Source: Promethearchaeota archaeon
Lineage (GTDB): Archaea > Asgardarchaeota > Lokiarchaeia > Sigyniarchaeales > SOKP01
Direction of reading: 5' to 3'
Length of the DNA stretch: 64,000 nt
Assembly (NCBI GenBank): GCA_048939995.1
Contig: JBHLOY010000001.1
Location: 96,001 to 160,000, forward strand
The notes below the pieces were generated by a model that saw only the letters and a program-made list of their open reading frames with translations, did no database searches and was not told the origin of the DNA. The position numbers and the translations under genes are program-made. Numbering within the stretch: the stretch's first letter is position 1; each line of letters starts with the position of its first letter. This document shows positions 48,982-58,646 of the stretch, in pieces.

Positions 48982-49296
48982 TCAAAACTCCTTAATTCTT
49001 TCTAATTTAAAGCAAACTGGTTTTCTTCCATCTGAACATGAAGTGTGTTGGGTTCCTTCCTCATGCCCATAAAAGTTTCCATTAAAATATAGCACAGATA
49101 AGTCTTTATAAATATCTCGCCATGCCCAACCGCAGAATCCTTCTGGCATTTTCTCGATATGCTCCACTATAAATTCTTGACCTTCATCAAAAGCACTACA
49201 AGAAGTGATCTTTGTACCTGATGTGGAGAATATATCATGCCCAAAAACATCAATTGGGTTGAACTTCCTAACAACAGTAATCTTAATTTTTGACAA
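48982..49296 (-). CDS. TIGR04076-family protein
   Basis: IKITVV, C, PEGFCGWAW, CSDGRKPVCFKLERI. Confidence 0.8.
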   Translation of the reverse strand: MSKIKITVVRKFNPIDVFGHDIFSTSGTKITSCSAFDEGQEFIVEHIEKMPEGFCGWAWRDIYKDLSVLYFNGNFYGHEEGTQHTSCSDGRKPVCFKLERIKEF

Positions 49297-49405
49297 ACCG
49301 ATAGTTCACCTTTAATTTGAAGTATTTAAATTAATGATTTTTGTTAATATATAGTTTATATTCTTGAACTTCATTCAAGTTTAGAACTGAAAATGAAGAA
49401 AAAAA

Positions 49406-50857
49406 TCATAGAGCCAAAATATAATTTTTCAAGACATAGATAGTTCGTTTAGCACTTCTCGATTTCGCTTCAAATGAGATTGAAACATTTGTAACTTCTA
49501 AATTCTTAGGCATCTTTTCTTTAACAAAATTTTTAATAAAAAATAAAAAATCAACATATTCTCTTTTTGTTTTAACCCATAAATAATGATCTTTTTTAAT
49601 AAAGTCTGGATTTTTTTGTTTAAATCGTTCAGCATGGATTTTCGAAGCCAAAGGAGGTCCTCTTCTTAGAAAAGCTTCGGATATTCTTGGTTTTTCACAA
49701 TAAATAGCCATATTATATTCATTTATCTCTTCTTCGAAATATATTTCAAACTCAATCTGTCCAAACCTATCTTCATGAGTAAACTCTTTTTCTCCATTAG
49801 CTTTAATGCTATTTCCTAAAGAATATAATTTATCGCGATTAATGGTGTAATGTATTTCTTGGTTTTTATTTTTCAATTCGATGATGTAAATGTTTGAAAG
49901 AAATGAATCCTTTTTATTTGAAAGGATTTCTTCAGGTATGGGAAAAATCTGAAACAATTGTTTACTAGGATTTTTTAGAAATTCTAGAATTTTATAATTG
50001 CAATATTTATAGGCTTGTTCTGAAATAGCTGAAGCCACATTTCTATTTTTATCAATAGGATCTATGATAATAAAATAATCATTTTGAAAATGAGTAATTT
50101 CATTTAACTCATCAGAAGGACGCTTAAAATAATCTAAAGGTTTATTCCTTAGAGAATCAAAGTTATTAAACACATTTATTAAAGACTTCAAGTAATAAAT
50201 TAAAAGTTCAGCACTATAGCCAAAAAAACCCATTTTACCGATGACACTTTTATCTCCATAACAATAGCATGCTTTAAAGAATTGTTTTAATAATCTTACT
50301 TCATCTTTTTGAGTATTTGATAGATTTTCCCTAATAAATTTACCATGCCAAGGAGATCTATCAACAGCTGTTATTGGTCCGTTCTGTTGTATATAATCTA
50401 AATCTAAATTGAAATAGAGCACAAGATCAATTTTAATTTTTAGATTATCAGTAAAATAATCAACAGAAACATAGGGGTGTTCAGCATAAAGTAATTGAGC
50501 ATTCTGAAATTCTTTATGGGTTAGTGATTTAATAATCCATTCTTGGCAGAGTTTTAGGAAATCTTTTTTTGATTCACTTTTTAATCTATTTTTTGTTAAG
50601 CCTTGATATTTTAATTTATAAAAATTGTAATCTAAGCCAATAAAAAGATCAATATCATAATCTCCCTGCAATTGAGTCTGTTTAATTCCAGTAGATCCTT
50701 GAGCTTCTATACTAGTATAATGGATATTTTGCTTTCTCGCAGTTTTAGATAGTAATTCTTTTAATTTGATGGTGATAGCGTTAGTTATTTTAATCTCATT
50801 CTCTGTAGGGGTGATTTCCTTAAGTATCTGTTCAAACACTGCTTTAATTGAATTCAT
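49406..50857 (-). CDS. cca: Archaeal class I CCA-adding enzyme
   Basis: GS...T.L.GDYDIDLF, YAEHPYV, TAVDRSPWH, GFFGYSAELL, IDPIDKNRNVASA, GPP. Confidence 0.9.
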   Translation of the reverse strand: MNSIKAVFEQILKEITPTENEIKITNAITIKLKELLSKTARKQNIHYTSIEAQGSTGIKQTQLQGDYDIDLFIGLDYNFYKLKYQGLTKNRLKSESKKDFLKLCQEWIIKSLTHKEFQNAQLLYAEHPYVSVDYFTDNLKIKIDLVLYFNLDLDYIQQNGPITAVDRSPWHGKFIRENLSNTQKDEVRLLKQFFKACYCYGDKSVIGKMGFFGYSAELLIYYLKSLINVFNNFDSLRNKPLDYFKRPSDELNEITHFQNDYFIIIDPIDKNRNVASAISEQAYKYCNYKILEFLKNPSKQLFQIFPIPEEILSNKKDSFLSNIYIIELKNKNQEIHYTINRDKLYSLGNSIKANGEKEFTHEDRFGQIEFEIYFEEEINEYNMAIYCEKPRISEAFLRRGPPLASKIHAERFKQKNPDFIKKDHYLWVKTKREYVDFLFFIKNFVKEKMPKNLEVTNVSISFEAKSRSAKRTIYVLKNYILAL

Positions 50858-50921
50858 TGATTTAAGAGGTTAAATTTTCTAATTAATAATAAACTTCTAT
50901 TTTTTTTTTAATTTAATTATT

Positions 50922-51644
50922 TTAACCTTTGATTGTGCTAATTGAGATTTGAATTTCATTATAAAATTCTTTTATATATGCCCGAATTAATTTAGCTTTT
51001 GATTCAATTTCTTGTTTATTACTCCCAACCCCTTTAATCTCATCTAAACGTTCCATCCAGAATCCTTTATAAATATGTTCAGAGTCTTGGAACTTGATTT
51101 CCAATTCTTGGCAAAGCAATTCAATGTTTTCTTCAATGACTTCATTTATTGAAGTGTTTAAAACAATTGTAACCATAAGAATTTCCTTATTCCCCCAGGA
51201 CCAATCAGAATCTATTTCGAAATAGTAATTCATCGAAGAGAAAAATACCGTTTGATAAGTAAAAAATTTTTCTTTTATTGCTGGTTCAATGAGATTACTT
51301 GCATTGTATTTTTCTCTCTCGGTAAACACATCTTCTGGGTATGAATAAAAAATAAGTGGTCCTTTTTTCCTATGAAAATATGTAATTATAACTCCTAATT
51401 TTGATGATACTTTTGCTTCTGGAATTAGAATTAGACTGTATGAAGCGTCCGGATTTATTAATTTGTCTTCGAGATATACTTTACTTATTGTAAATTTAGC
51501 TCCATTCTTATGTACACGAATCATTTGACTTCTGAGTCCTAATCCTCCATATTTTTTTGCTTCTAAAATTATCCTATTTCTATCTTTTTCGTGCATTATT
51601 TCCATTTCATGAAATGAAATAAATATTATCATATTTAAATGCAA
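50922..51644 (-). CDS. Hypothetical protein with uDENN/longin-like domain
   Basis: GVIITYFHRKKGPLIFYSYP pattern; NYYFEIDS...GNKEILM. Confidence 0.55.
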   Translation of the reverse strand: MHLNMIIFISFHEMEIMHEKDRNRIILEAKKYGGLGLRSQMIRVHKNGAKFTISKVYLEDKLINPDASYSLILIPEAKVSSKLGVIITYFHRKKGPLIFYSYPEDVFTEREKYNASNLIEPAIKEKFFTYQTVFFSSMNYYFEIDSDWSWGNKEILMVTIVLNTSINEVIEENIELLCQELEIKFQDSEHIYKGFWMERLDEIKGVGSNKQEIESKAKLIRAYIKEFYNEIQISISTIKG

Positions 51645-51707
51645 CGAACATTTAAATGAAAAATAAATGAACAGAAAGTGTACAATAGAGAAAATAACTT
51701 AGATAGG

Positions 51708-53516
51708 TTACATCCCCCACCAGGGATGGTTAACTTTTCTCATTAAGATAACAAACTCTCTTAATGCTTCTTTTTGATCTGAAGTCAACTCATTAGTAAA
51801 TTTACCCATGAGTTGTCTCACATGAGATTCTGGAACGTTCACATATAAAGTTTCATCTTTTCCAATGTCTTTTCCTATCTCAATACCACGAATAGAAATA
51901 GCTACTTCAGAATCTCTAGTAGCTTTCTCTATAGTTTGACCTTTGTCTTGAATTTGATGAACTCGTCTAACTTTTTTGCCAGTATCAGTTACTAAAGATA
52001 CTTTTGGATATAAAGTACCCGCTTCTACATGTACTCCAAATACTGCAGGATCAGAATTTCTAAAGATATATTGCGGCATCATTTTAAGTTTCGCTGGCAA
52101 AATCAATTCGCTAAGTCCTTTAGCAGTATCCTCCGCCCTTCTTGTTTCAGCATATGCTATATACTCTTCTAATAGACGATATATTACATCATTAGTAAAA
52201 ATTCTAATATTATCAATATAGGCTTCTTCTTTAGCTTCAGGTAATATCGCGACATTGAAACCTAAAACAGCAGCAGAATATGGATCAAGATGCTTTACAA
52301 TATTTGCATTTATGATATCCTCCTTTTTAATGGATCCGACATCGGCAATGCTTATTTTAACACCGTTTTGAGTAAAGTGATTATTTAAGGCTTCAAGAGA
52401 TCCAAGTGTGTCTGCTTTTAACACAACTCCTGCTTTTTCTGTCTTTATTCTAATGCTTTGTACTTCATCTTCAATTTGTCTATAGATAATTTCTTCCTCA
52501 GAAGGACTGCCAATACCTCTTAGTGGTGATCCTGCTACTACATCATCAATATTAGGTGCTAAAATCTTTACACCAGCAGCTGCACTTACCATGTCCTCAG
52601 AATCAAACCTCTGACGAGGGTCTCTAATTTCATCTAATGGTTTTGGTCTTAATAACGCCCTAACTTTTGATTTAACTGGTTTTTCTAAACCACCTACTAT
52701 AAATTCATCTCCCTTATTGAGAATTCCATCGTAGATTAATACATCTAAGGTTACCCCTTGTCCTTTTTCTTTCTTTACTTCTAGAACCACTCCTTTCGCA
52801 GGACCTTCAGAAAATTTAAGATTCTTAGTTAAATACTGTTGAACTAAACCCATTAAGATCATCAGTAATGTCGATATTCCTTCACCGGTTTTAGCACTTG
52901 TAGGTATTATTGCTATTTTTTTAGTGAAATCTTTAATTTTATCGTATCTATCAATACCCTTAAAGCCCTCTTCTAGAAAGTTTCCCATTATTTGTAAAAT
53001 TTTCTCATCTAAATACTCCTTAACATGTGATTTTTGAGTATTATATGAATCAAGAAAATCAGCATCTTTTTTTGATTTCCATCCAGAAATTCTATCAATT
53101 TTATTGGCTGCAATTATAAAGGGTGTTTTCCTTTCTCGGAGTATTCTCACAGATTCCCACGTTATAGGTTGTGTTCCAGCAGTAACATCAATGACTAAAA
53201 TTGCGATATCAGCTACTGCACCACCTCTTCTCCTTAAATTTAAAAATGCCGCATGTCCAGGAGTATCTACAATGAGTATTCCTGGAAGTTTTATAGTTTT
53301 TTCAGCAAATTCCTGTTTTGATTTTTTAAGAAATTCTTTAATATCTTCAGTTGGGAAATAAGATGCCCCAATATGTTGAGTTATGCCTGCTGCTTCTCTC
53401 TTTTGAACTACCGTACCTCGAATATAATCAAGAAGTGATGTTTTTCCATGATCTATATGCCCTAGGATGCACGCTATAGGGGCTCGTATAGCCTTAGATT
53501 CTTCGATTTCTGTCAT
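51708..53516 (-). CDS. infB: Translation initiation factor aIF5B (IF-2)
   Basis: IRAPIACILGHIDHGKT, GITQHIGA, DTPGH, NKID, KADTLGSLEA, FRNSDPAVFGV. Confidence 0.95.
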   Translation of the reverse strand: MTEIEESKAIRAPIACILGHIDHGKTSLLDYIRGTVVQKREAAGITQHIGASYFPTEDIKEFLKKSKQEFAEKTIKLPGILIVDTPGHAAFLNLRRRGGAVADIAILVIDVTAGTQPITWESVRILRERKTPFIIAANKIDRISGWKSKKDADFLDSYNTQKSHVKEYLDEKILQIMGNFLEEGFKGIDRYDKIKDFTKKIAIIPTSAKTGEGISTLLMILMGLVQQYLTKNLKFSEGPAKGVVLEVKKEKGQGVTLDVLIYDGILNKGDEFIVGGLEKPVKSKVRALLRPKPLDEIRDPRQRFDSEDMVSAAAGVKILAPNIDDVVAGSPLRGIGSPSEEEIIYRQIEDEVQSIRIKTEKAGVVLKADTLGSLEALNNHFTQNGVKISIADVGSIKKEDIINANIVKHLDPYSAAVLGFNVAILPEAKEEAYIDNIRIFTNDVIYRLLEEYIAYAETRRAEDTAKGLSELILPAKLKMMPQYIFRNSDPAVFGVHVEAGTLYPKVSLVTDTGKKVRRVHQIQDKGQTIEKATRDSEVAISIRGIEIGKDIGKDETLYVNVPESHVRQLMGKFTNELTSDQKEALREFVILMRKVNHPWWGM

Positions 53517-53601
53517 TATTAACTCCAAGTAAAATTAGTTTCTTTCAATTAATGATCTAAATGTTCTTTATAATATAAAATAAGATATAAGTTAATTTAG
53601 G

Positions 53602-56472
53602 TTAATTGTGATTAAGATGTTGTTTAAGATATTTTCCAGTATAACTTTTCTCATCATTAATTATTTCCTCTGGAATACCTTCAGTTACAATATAACCCCC
53701 TTTTTCTCCTCCTTCAGGACCTAGATCAATGATATAATCAGCTGATTTTATTATATCCATATTATGTTCAATAACTATTACTGTATTCCCTTTATCAACT
53801 AATTTTTGGAGTACATTTAATAAGAATTGAATATCATACATATGTAGACCTGTTGTTGGTTCATCTAATATATAAAGAGTATTCCCTGTACTTGTCTTTC
53901 TTAACTCTCTAGCAATTTTTAATCTTTGAGATTCTCCACCACTTAATGTTGTAGATGATTGGCCTAGTTCTAAGTATCCTAATCCCACATCTACAACTGT
54001 TTTTAATGTTCTCTTTAATTTTGGAAAACTATCGAAAAATTCTAGGGCTTGAGTAAACGTCATTTCCAATACATCAGAAATTGTTTTTTCGCGATAAGTA
54101 ATTTCTAAAGTTTCAGCATTATATCGTTTTCCTTTACATAAATCACATCTTATAAATACATCGGGTAAAAAATACATCTCCTTGAGGATATAACCAGTAC
54201 CCCTACATTTTTTGCAATGTCCCTTTTTCGTATTAAAACTAAATCTCCCTTTCTTATACCCTCTTACTTTAGCTTCAGGAAGCCCGGCAAAAATATCTCT
54301 AATATAATCCAATGCTTTAGTATATGTTGCAGGTACCGAACGTGGTGTTCTACCAATTGGAGATTGATCAATATTTATAATTTTATCAATTTTTTCAAAG
54401 CTTTTTATTTCTTTAAAATCTCCAGTACTCATTCTTGAACTTCTCTTATTTATTAAATTGTGAAGCCCTTTAAATAAGCAATCAATAATTAAACTGGTTT
54501 TACCTGCCCCAGATACTCCTGTAATACAGGTGAACACTCCTAAAGGAATGTTTATATTAATATTTTTTAAATTATTTTCTCTAGCACCTAAAATTTCAAT
54601 ATATTCATTATTAATTTGCCTTCTTTTTCTTGGTAGTAAAATTCTCTTTTTTCCTGAAAGATATTCACCCGTTAATGTATTTGAACTTAAAATTGTATCA
54701 ATAGGACCTTCAGCTACTATTTCTCCCCCTTTCTCACCTGCTAATGGTCCTAAATCAATTATATGGTCTGAATTACGCATAATTGCTTCATCATGTTCTA
54801 CAACAATGACCGTATTTCCTAAATCCCTTAGTTTTTCTAACATTTTGATTAAGCGATCAATATCCCTCTGATGGAGCCCTACACTTGGTTCATCTAAAAC
54901 ATATAGTACTCCGACTAGACTTGAACCAAGCTGGGTGGCTAAACGAATTCTTTCTGCCTCTCCTACAGAAAGAGTATCTGATCTTCTACTTAATGTAATA
55001 TAATCCAATCCAACGTTATCTAAAAATGAAAGTCTAGCTGATATTTCTTTTAAGACTTCCTTGACTATTGCTTTTTGAACTTCGTCAAGTTCTAGTTCAT
55101 TGAAAAAGATAATAGAATCAATAACGGATAAGTTTGACAGTTCTGCTATATTTAAATCATTAATAGTTACTCCTAAGCTCTCTGGTTTTAATCTCTGCCC
55201 ATTACATTGCGGACAATTCACTTTGTTCATAAAACTTTCATATATCTCTCTTGCCCATTCTGAATTAGTTTCCATATACCTTCTCTGAAGCCAGGGAATA
55301 ATTCCTTCGAAGGATCTAACTACATTCCAAGAAGAGGTCTTTATATCATTATTATTATACCCATTATTTTCACTTTTAAAATGAAATTCAATAGTATCAT
55401 CACCAGTGCCAAACAAAATTTTATTTAATTTTTCTGGATCAATATTTTTAATCTTGGTTTTATTTGTATCAAATCCATAATATTTTGCAACTTGCTTTAA
55501 TAATTGCCAAGAATAACTGGTTAATGACCCAAATCCAGGGATATCTCTTATTGGAGTCTCTTGAAGAGGAACATTTAAATCGTCTCCTAATATTAATCCA
55601 TAATCCAATTCCATAACAGTTCCTAATCCACTACAATATTTACAGCTACCATGAGGAATATTAAAGGAGAACATTTTATGATCTAATTGTGGAATAGAAA
55701 TACCACAATCAACACAAGCAAGGTGCTCTGAATATACTTGCTCTCCTTTGCCAAGTACTTCTATTGCTACAATGCCTTCAGTCAAACTCAATGCTGTCTC
55801 TATTGAATCTGCTAATCTCGCCCTGATATCTTTTTTCATTATCAGCCTATCAACTACCACCTTAATATTATGTTTCACATTCTTATCCATTGATATTTCT
55901 TCATCTAACGTATATTGAATATTATCAACTTCTACTCTAAGATACCCTTGCTTTTTGAGGCTCAGCAATAACTCTTTATATTCTCCTTTTCTATCTCGAA
56001 TAACTGGAGCCTTTATTATAAATTTTTTATTTTCAGGAATTATTTCCAGTACTTGGTCTATGATTTGTTGAGGCGTTTGAGGTTTGATTTCTTTACCACA
56101 ATTAGGACAATGTGGAATTCCAACATTTGCAAACAGTAATCGATAATAATCATAAATTTCAGTTACAGTCCCTACTGTACTTCTCGGATTTTTAGATAAG
56201 GCTTTTTGTTCAATAGCTATTGCTGGAGACAATCCTTCAATAGAATCAACATCTGGTTTATCCATTTCACCTAAGAACTGCCGAGCATAACTTGATAGTG
56301 ATTCCAAAAATCTTCTTTGTCCCTCAGCATATAATGTATCCATAGCTAAACTGGACTTCCCACTACCACTGATTCCTGTAATCACAACTAATTTATTACG
56401 AGGAATTGTGACATCAATATTCTTAAGGTTATTCTGCCTTGCTCCTTTTATAATAATAGAATTGTTATTCAT
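53602..56472 (-). CDS. uvrA: Excinuclease ABC subunit A
   Basis: GARQNNLK, GISGSGKS, zinc fingers, LDEPSVGLH, second ABC domain LSGGESQR. Confidence 0.97.
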   Translation of the reverse strand: MNNNSIIIKGARQNNLKNIDVTIPRNKLVVITGISGSGKSSLAMDTLYAEGQRRFLESLSSYARQFLGEMDKPDVDSIEGLSPAIAIEQKALSKNPRSTVGTVTEIYDYYRLLFANVGIPHCPNCGKEIKPQTPQQIIDQVLEIIPENKKFIIKAPVIRDRKGEYKELLLSLKKQGYLRVEVDNIQYTLDEEISMDKNVKHNIKVVVDRLIMKKDIRARLADSIETALSLTEGIVAIEVLGKGEQVYSEHLACVDCGISIPQLDHKMFSFNIPHGSCKYCSGLGTVMELDYGLILGDDLNVPLQETPIRDIPGFGSLTSYSWQLLKQVAKYYGFDTNKTKIKNIDPEKLNKILFGTGDDTIEFHFKSENNGYNNNDIKTSSWNVVRSFEGIIPWLQRRYMETNSEWAREIYESFMNKVNCPQCNGQRLKPESLGVTINDLNIAELSNLSVIDSIIFFNELELDEVQKAIVKEVLKEISARLSFLDNVGLDYITLSRRSDTLSVGEAERIRLATQLGSSLVGVLYVLDEPSVGLHQRDIDRLIKMLEKLRDLGNTVIVVEHDEAIMRNSDHIIDLGPLAGEKGGEIVAEGPIDTILSSNTLTGEYLSGKKRILLPRKRRQINNEYIEILGARENNLKNININIPLGVFTCITGVSGAGKTSLIIDCLFKGLHNLINKRSSRMSTGDFKEIKSFEKIDKIINIDQSPIGRTPRSVPATYTKALDYIRDIFAGLPEAKVRGYKKGRFSFNTKKGHCKKCRGTGYILKEMYFLPDVFIRCDLCKGKRYNAETLEITYREKTISDVLEMTFTQALEFFDSFPKLKRTLKTVVDVGLGYLELGQSSTTLSGGESQRLKIARELRKTSTGNTLYILDEPTTGLHMYDIQFLLNVLQKLVDKGNTVIVIEHNMDIIKSADYIIDLGPEGGEKGGYIVTEGIPEEIINDEKSYTGKYLKQHLNHN

Positions 56473-56520
56473 ATCATATCCCTTTTTTATTATATTTACG
56501 ATTAATGAAAAGTTTCATGC

Positions 56521-58521
56521 TTATACCGCATAATCTTTTTTATATTCTTTGATTTTGTCTCTCAAGTATGCCGCATCTTCAAATCTAAGTTCTTTAGCAG
56601 CTAAAAACATTTTATTTTCTAAATATTGGACTATTAACTCTATATCTCCTTCGCTTTCCAATTCTTTAACTTTTTCTTTTACTATCTTTTTTAGTCTTTT
56701 CACTTCTTTTTCTTTATATTCCTGTTCTTCAGAGAGAGAATTTAGGATATTCTTTCTTATAGTTTGTGGTGTGACATTGTTCTCTTTGTTAAAATTCTGT
56801 TGCTTTCTTCTCCTTCTATTAGTTTCGTTAATCGCAGCCTTCATTGCTGAGGTAATTTTTTCCGCATATAATATAGCTCTCCCCTCAACATTTCGAGAAG
56901 CTCTACCAATAGTTTGAATTAATGATCTTGTATCTCTTAAAAATCCAAGCTTATCAGCATCTAAAATAGCTACTAATTTGACTTCAGGTAAATCAAGACC
57001 TTCTCTTAAAAGATTTATTCCAACAACTACATCAAAAGTTCCATCTCTTAATTGTCTTAAAATGTCAAATCTTTCCACAGTATCAACCTCTGAATGAAGG
57101 TATGAAATCTTAATTCCTAATTCAGAATAATATTCAGCAATATCTTCAGCCATTCTTTTAGTTAAGGTAGTTATTAAAACTCTTCCTTTACTATCCATAA
57201 CTTTTCTAATTTCACCTAATAAATCATCAATTTGATTCTTTGCTGGACGAATTTCAATCTCAGGATCTACTAATCCTGTTGGTCTAATAATTTGTTCTGC
57301 TGAAATTCCTTGAGACTTTTCAAGTTCCCACTCTCCTGGTGTCGCACTCATTAATATAATGAATTTAATTTTACTCTCCCATTCTTCAAACGTAAGGGGT
57401 CTATTATCATAAGCACTAGGAAGTCTCCAGCCATATTCGACCAGGTTTTTCTTACGAGAACGGTCTCCACCAATCATTCCATGGATTTGGGGTATTGTAA
57501 TGTGAGATTCATCAACGACAATCAAAAAGTCTTCTGGAAAGTAATCTATTAAACACATAGGAGGAGAACCAGGAGGTCTCCCATCTAAGTGCCTAGAATA
57601 ATTCTCAATACCTTTACACCATCCCATTTCTCTCATCATTTCCAGATCAAATTTTACTCTTTTTTCTATCCATTGAGCTTCAGGATACCTCTTTTCATCC
57701 ATAAATTTCTTTATTTGTTGTTCTAACTCTTCTTCTATCGATTTTAGTGCTTTCACTTTATTTTCCTCAGGAATAATAAAGTGGGTGGCTGGAAAAATTC
57801 TACAATTAGTAAGTTCCTTTATAATTTCATTAGATATAGGATGGATTTCTTGAATAGACTCGATTTCATCTCCAAAAAGGGATATTCGAATAGCAGTTTC
57901 AAGATATGCTGGAAAAATGTCAATTATATCTCCTCTTACTCTTACTACGCCTGGTCGAAACTCGATGTCCTTCCTCTCATAATTCATTTTAATAAGGCCT
58001 CTAATAATATCTCTTCGATTAATTCTTTGAGACACATTTAAAGAGATTGAAACTTTCTCCCATTCCTCAGGTGAACCTATTCCGTAAATACACGAAACTG
58101 TAGCTACAATGATAACATCATTTCTGGTTCTAATAGCATGGGTAGCAGCAAGTCGAAGACGTTCAATCTCCTCATTTACACTGAAATCTTTTTCGATATA
58201 CTGAGCTGTGACTGGCAAGTATGCTTCAGGTTGATAATAGTCATAGTAACTAACAAAATAATGGACTGCATTTTCAGGAAACAGTTCCTTTAATTCATTA
58301 TAAAGTTGTGCCGCGAGAGTTTTATTGGGAGCCATAATTAATGTGGGTTTCTGTATTTCTTGAATAATATTAGCTATAGTGAAGGTTTTTCCAGTCCCAG
58401 TTGCTCCTAATAAAGTCTGGAATCGTTTGTTATTTTTAATACCTTCTTTAAGGGCCTCGATGGCCGATGGTTGGTCTCCTTGTGGAGTGAATTCAGATTT
58501 TATGTTAAAACTAATACTCAT
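56521..58521 (-). CDS. uvrB: Excinuclease ABC subunit B
   Basis: GATGTGKT, FVSYYDYYQPEAY, DESH, GINLLREGLD, QTIGRA, FEDAAYLRD. Confidence 0.97.
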   Translation of the reverse strand: MSISFNIKSEFTPQGDQPSAIEALKEGIKNNKRFQTLLGATGTGKTFTIANIIQEIQKPTLIMAPNKTLAAQLYNELKELFPENAVHYFVSYYDYYQPEAYLPVTAQYIEKDFSVNEEIERLRLAATHAIRTRNDVIIVATVSCIYGIGSPEEWEKVSISLNVSQRINRRDIIRGLIKMNYERKDIEFRPGVVRVRGDIIDIFPAYLETAIRISLFGDEIESIQEIHPISNEIIKELTNCRIFPATHFIIPEENKVKALKSIEEELEQQIKKFMDEKRYPEAQWIEKRVKFDLEMMREMGWCKGIENYSRHLDGRPPGSPPMCLIDYFPEDFLIVVDESHITIPQIHGMIGGDRSRKKNLVEYGWRLPSAYDNRPLTFEEWESKIKFIILMSATPGEWELEKSQGISAEQIIRPTGLVDPEIEIRPAKNQIDDLLGEIRKVMDSKGRVLITTLTKRMAEDIAEYYSELGIKISYLHSEVDTVERFDILRQLRDGTFDVVVGINLLREGLDLPEVKLVAILDADKLGFLRDTRSLIQTIGRASRNVEGRAILYAEKITSAMKAAINETNRRRRKQQNFNKENNVTPQTIRKNILNSLSEEQEYKEKEVKRLKKIVKEKVKELESEGDIELIVQYLENKMFLAAKELRFEDAAYLRDKIKEYKKDYAV

Positions 58522-58646
58522 AGGATGAATCACAAATCAGAAAGATGTTATAAACTAAGTATAAAATGAATATATAACTAATAAGACTACAAATATTCTA
58601 ATGTAGCATAATTTATGATTTTTATGAAATAGTGAAAAATAAAAAT

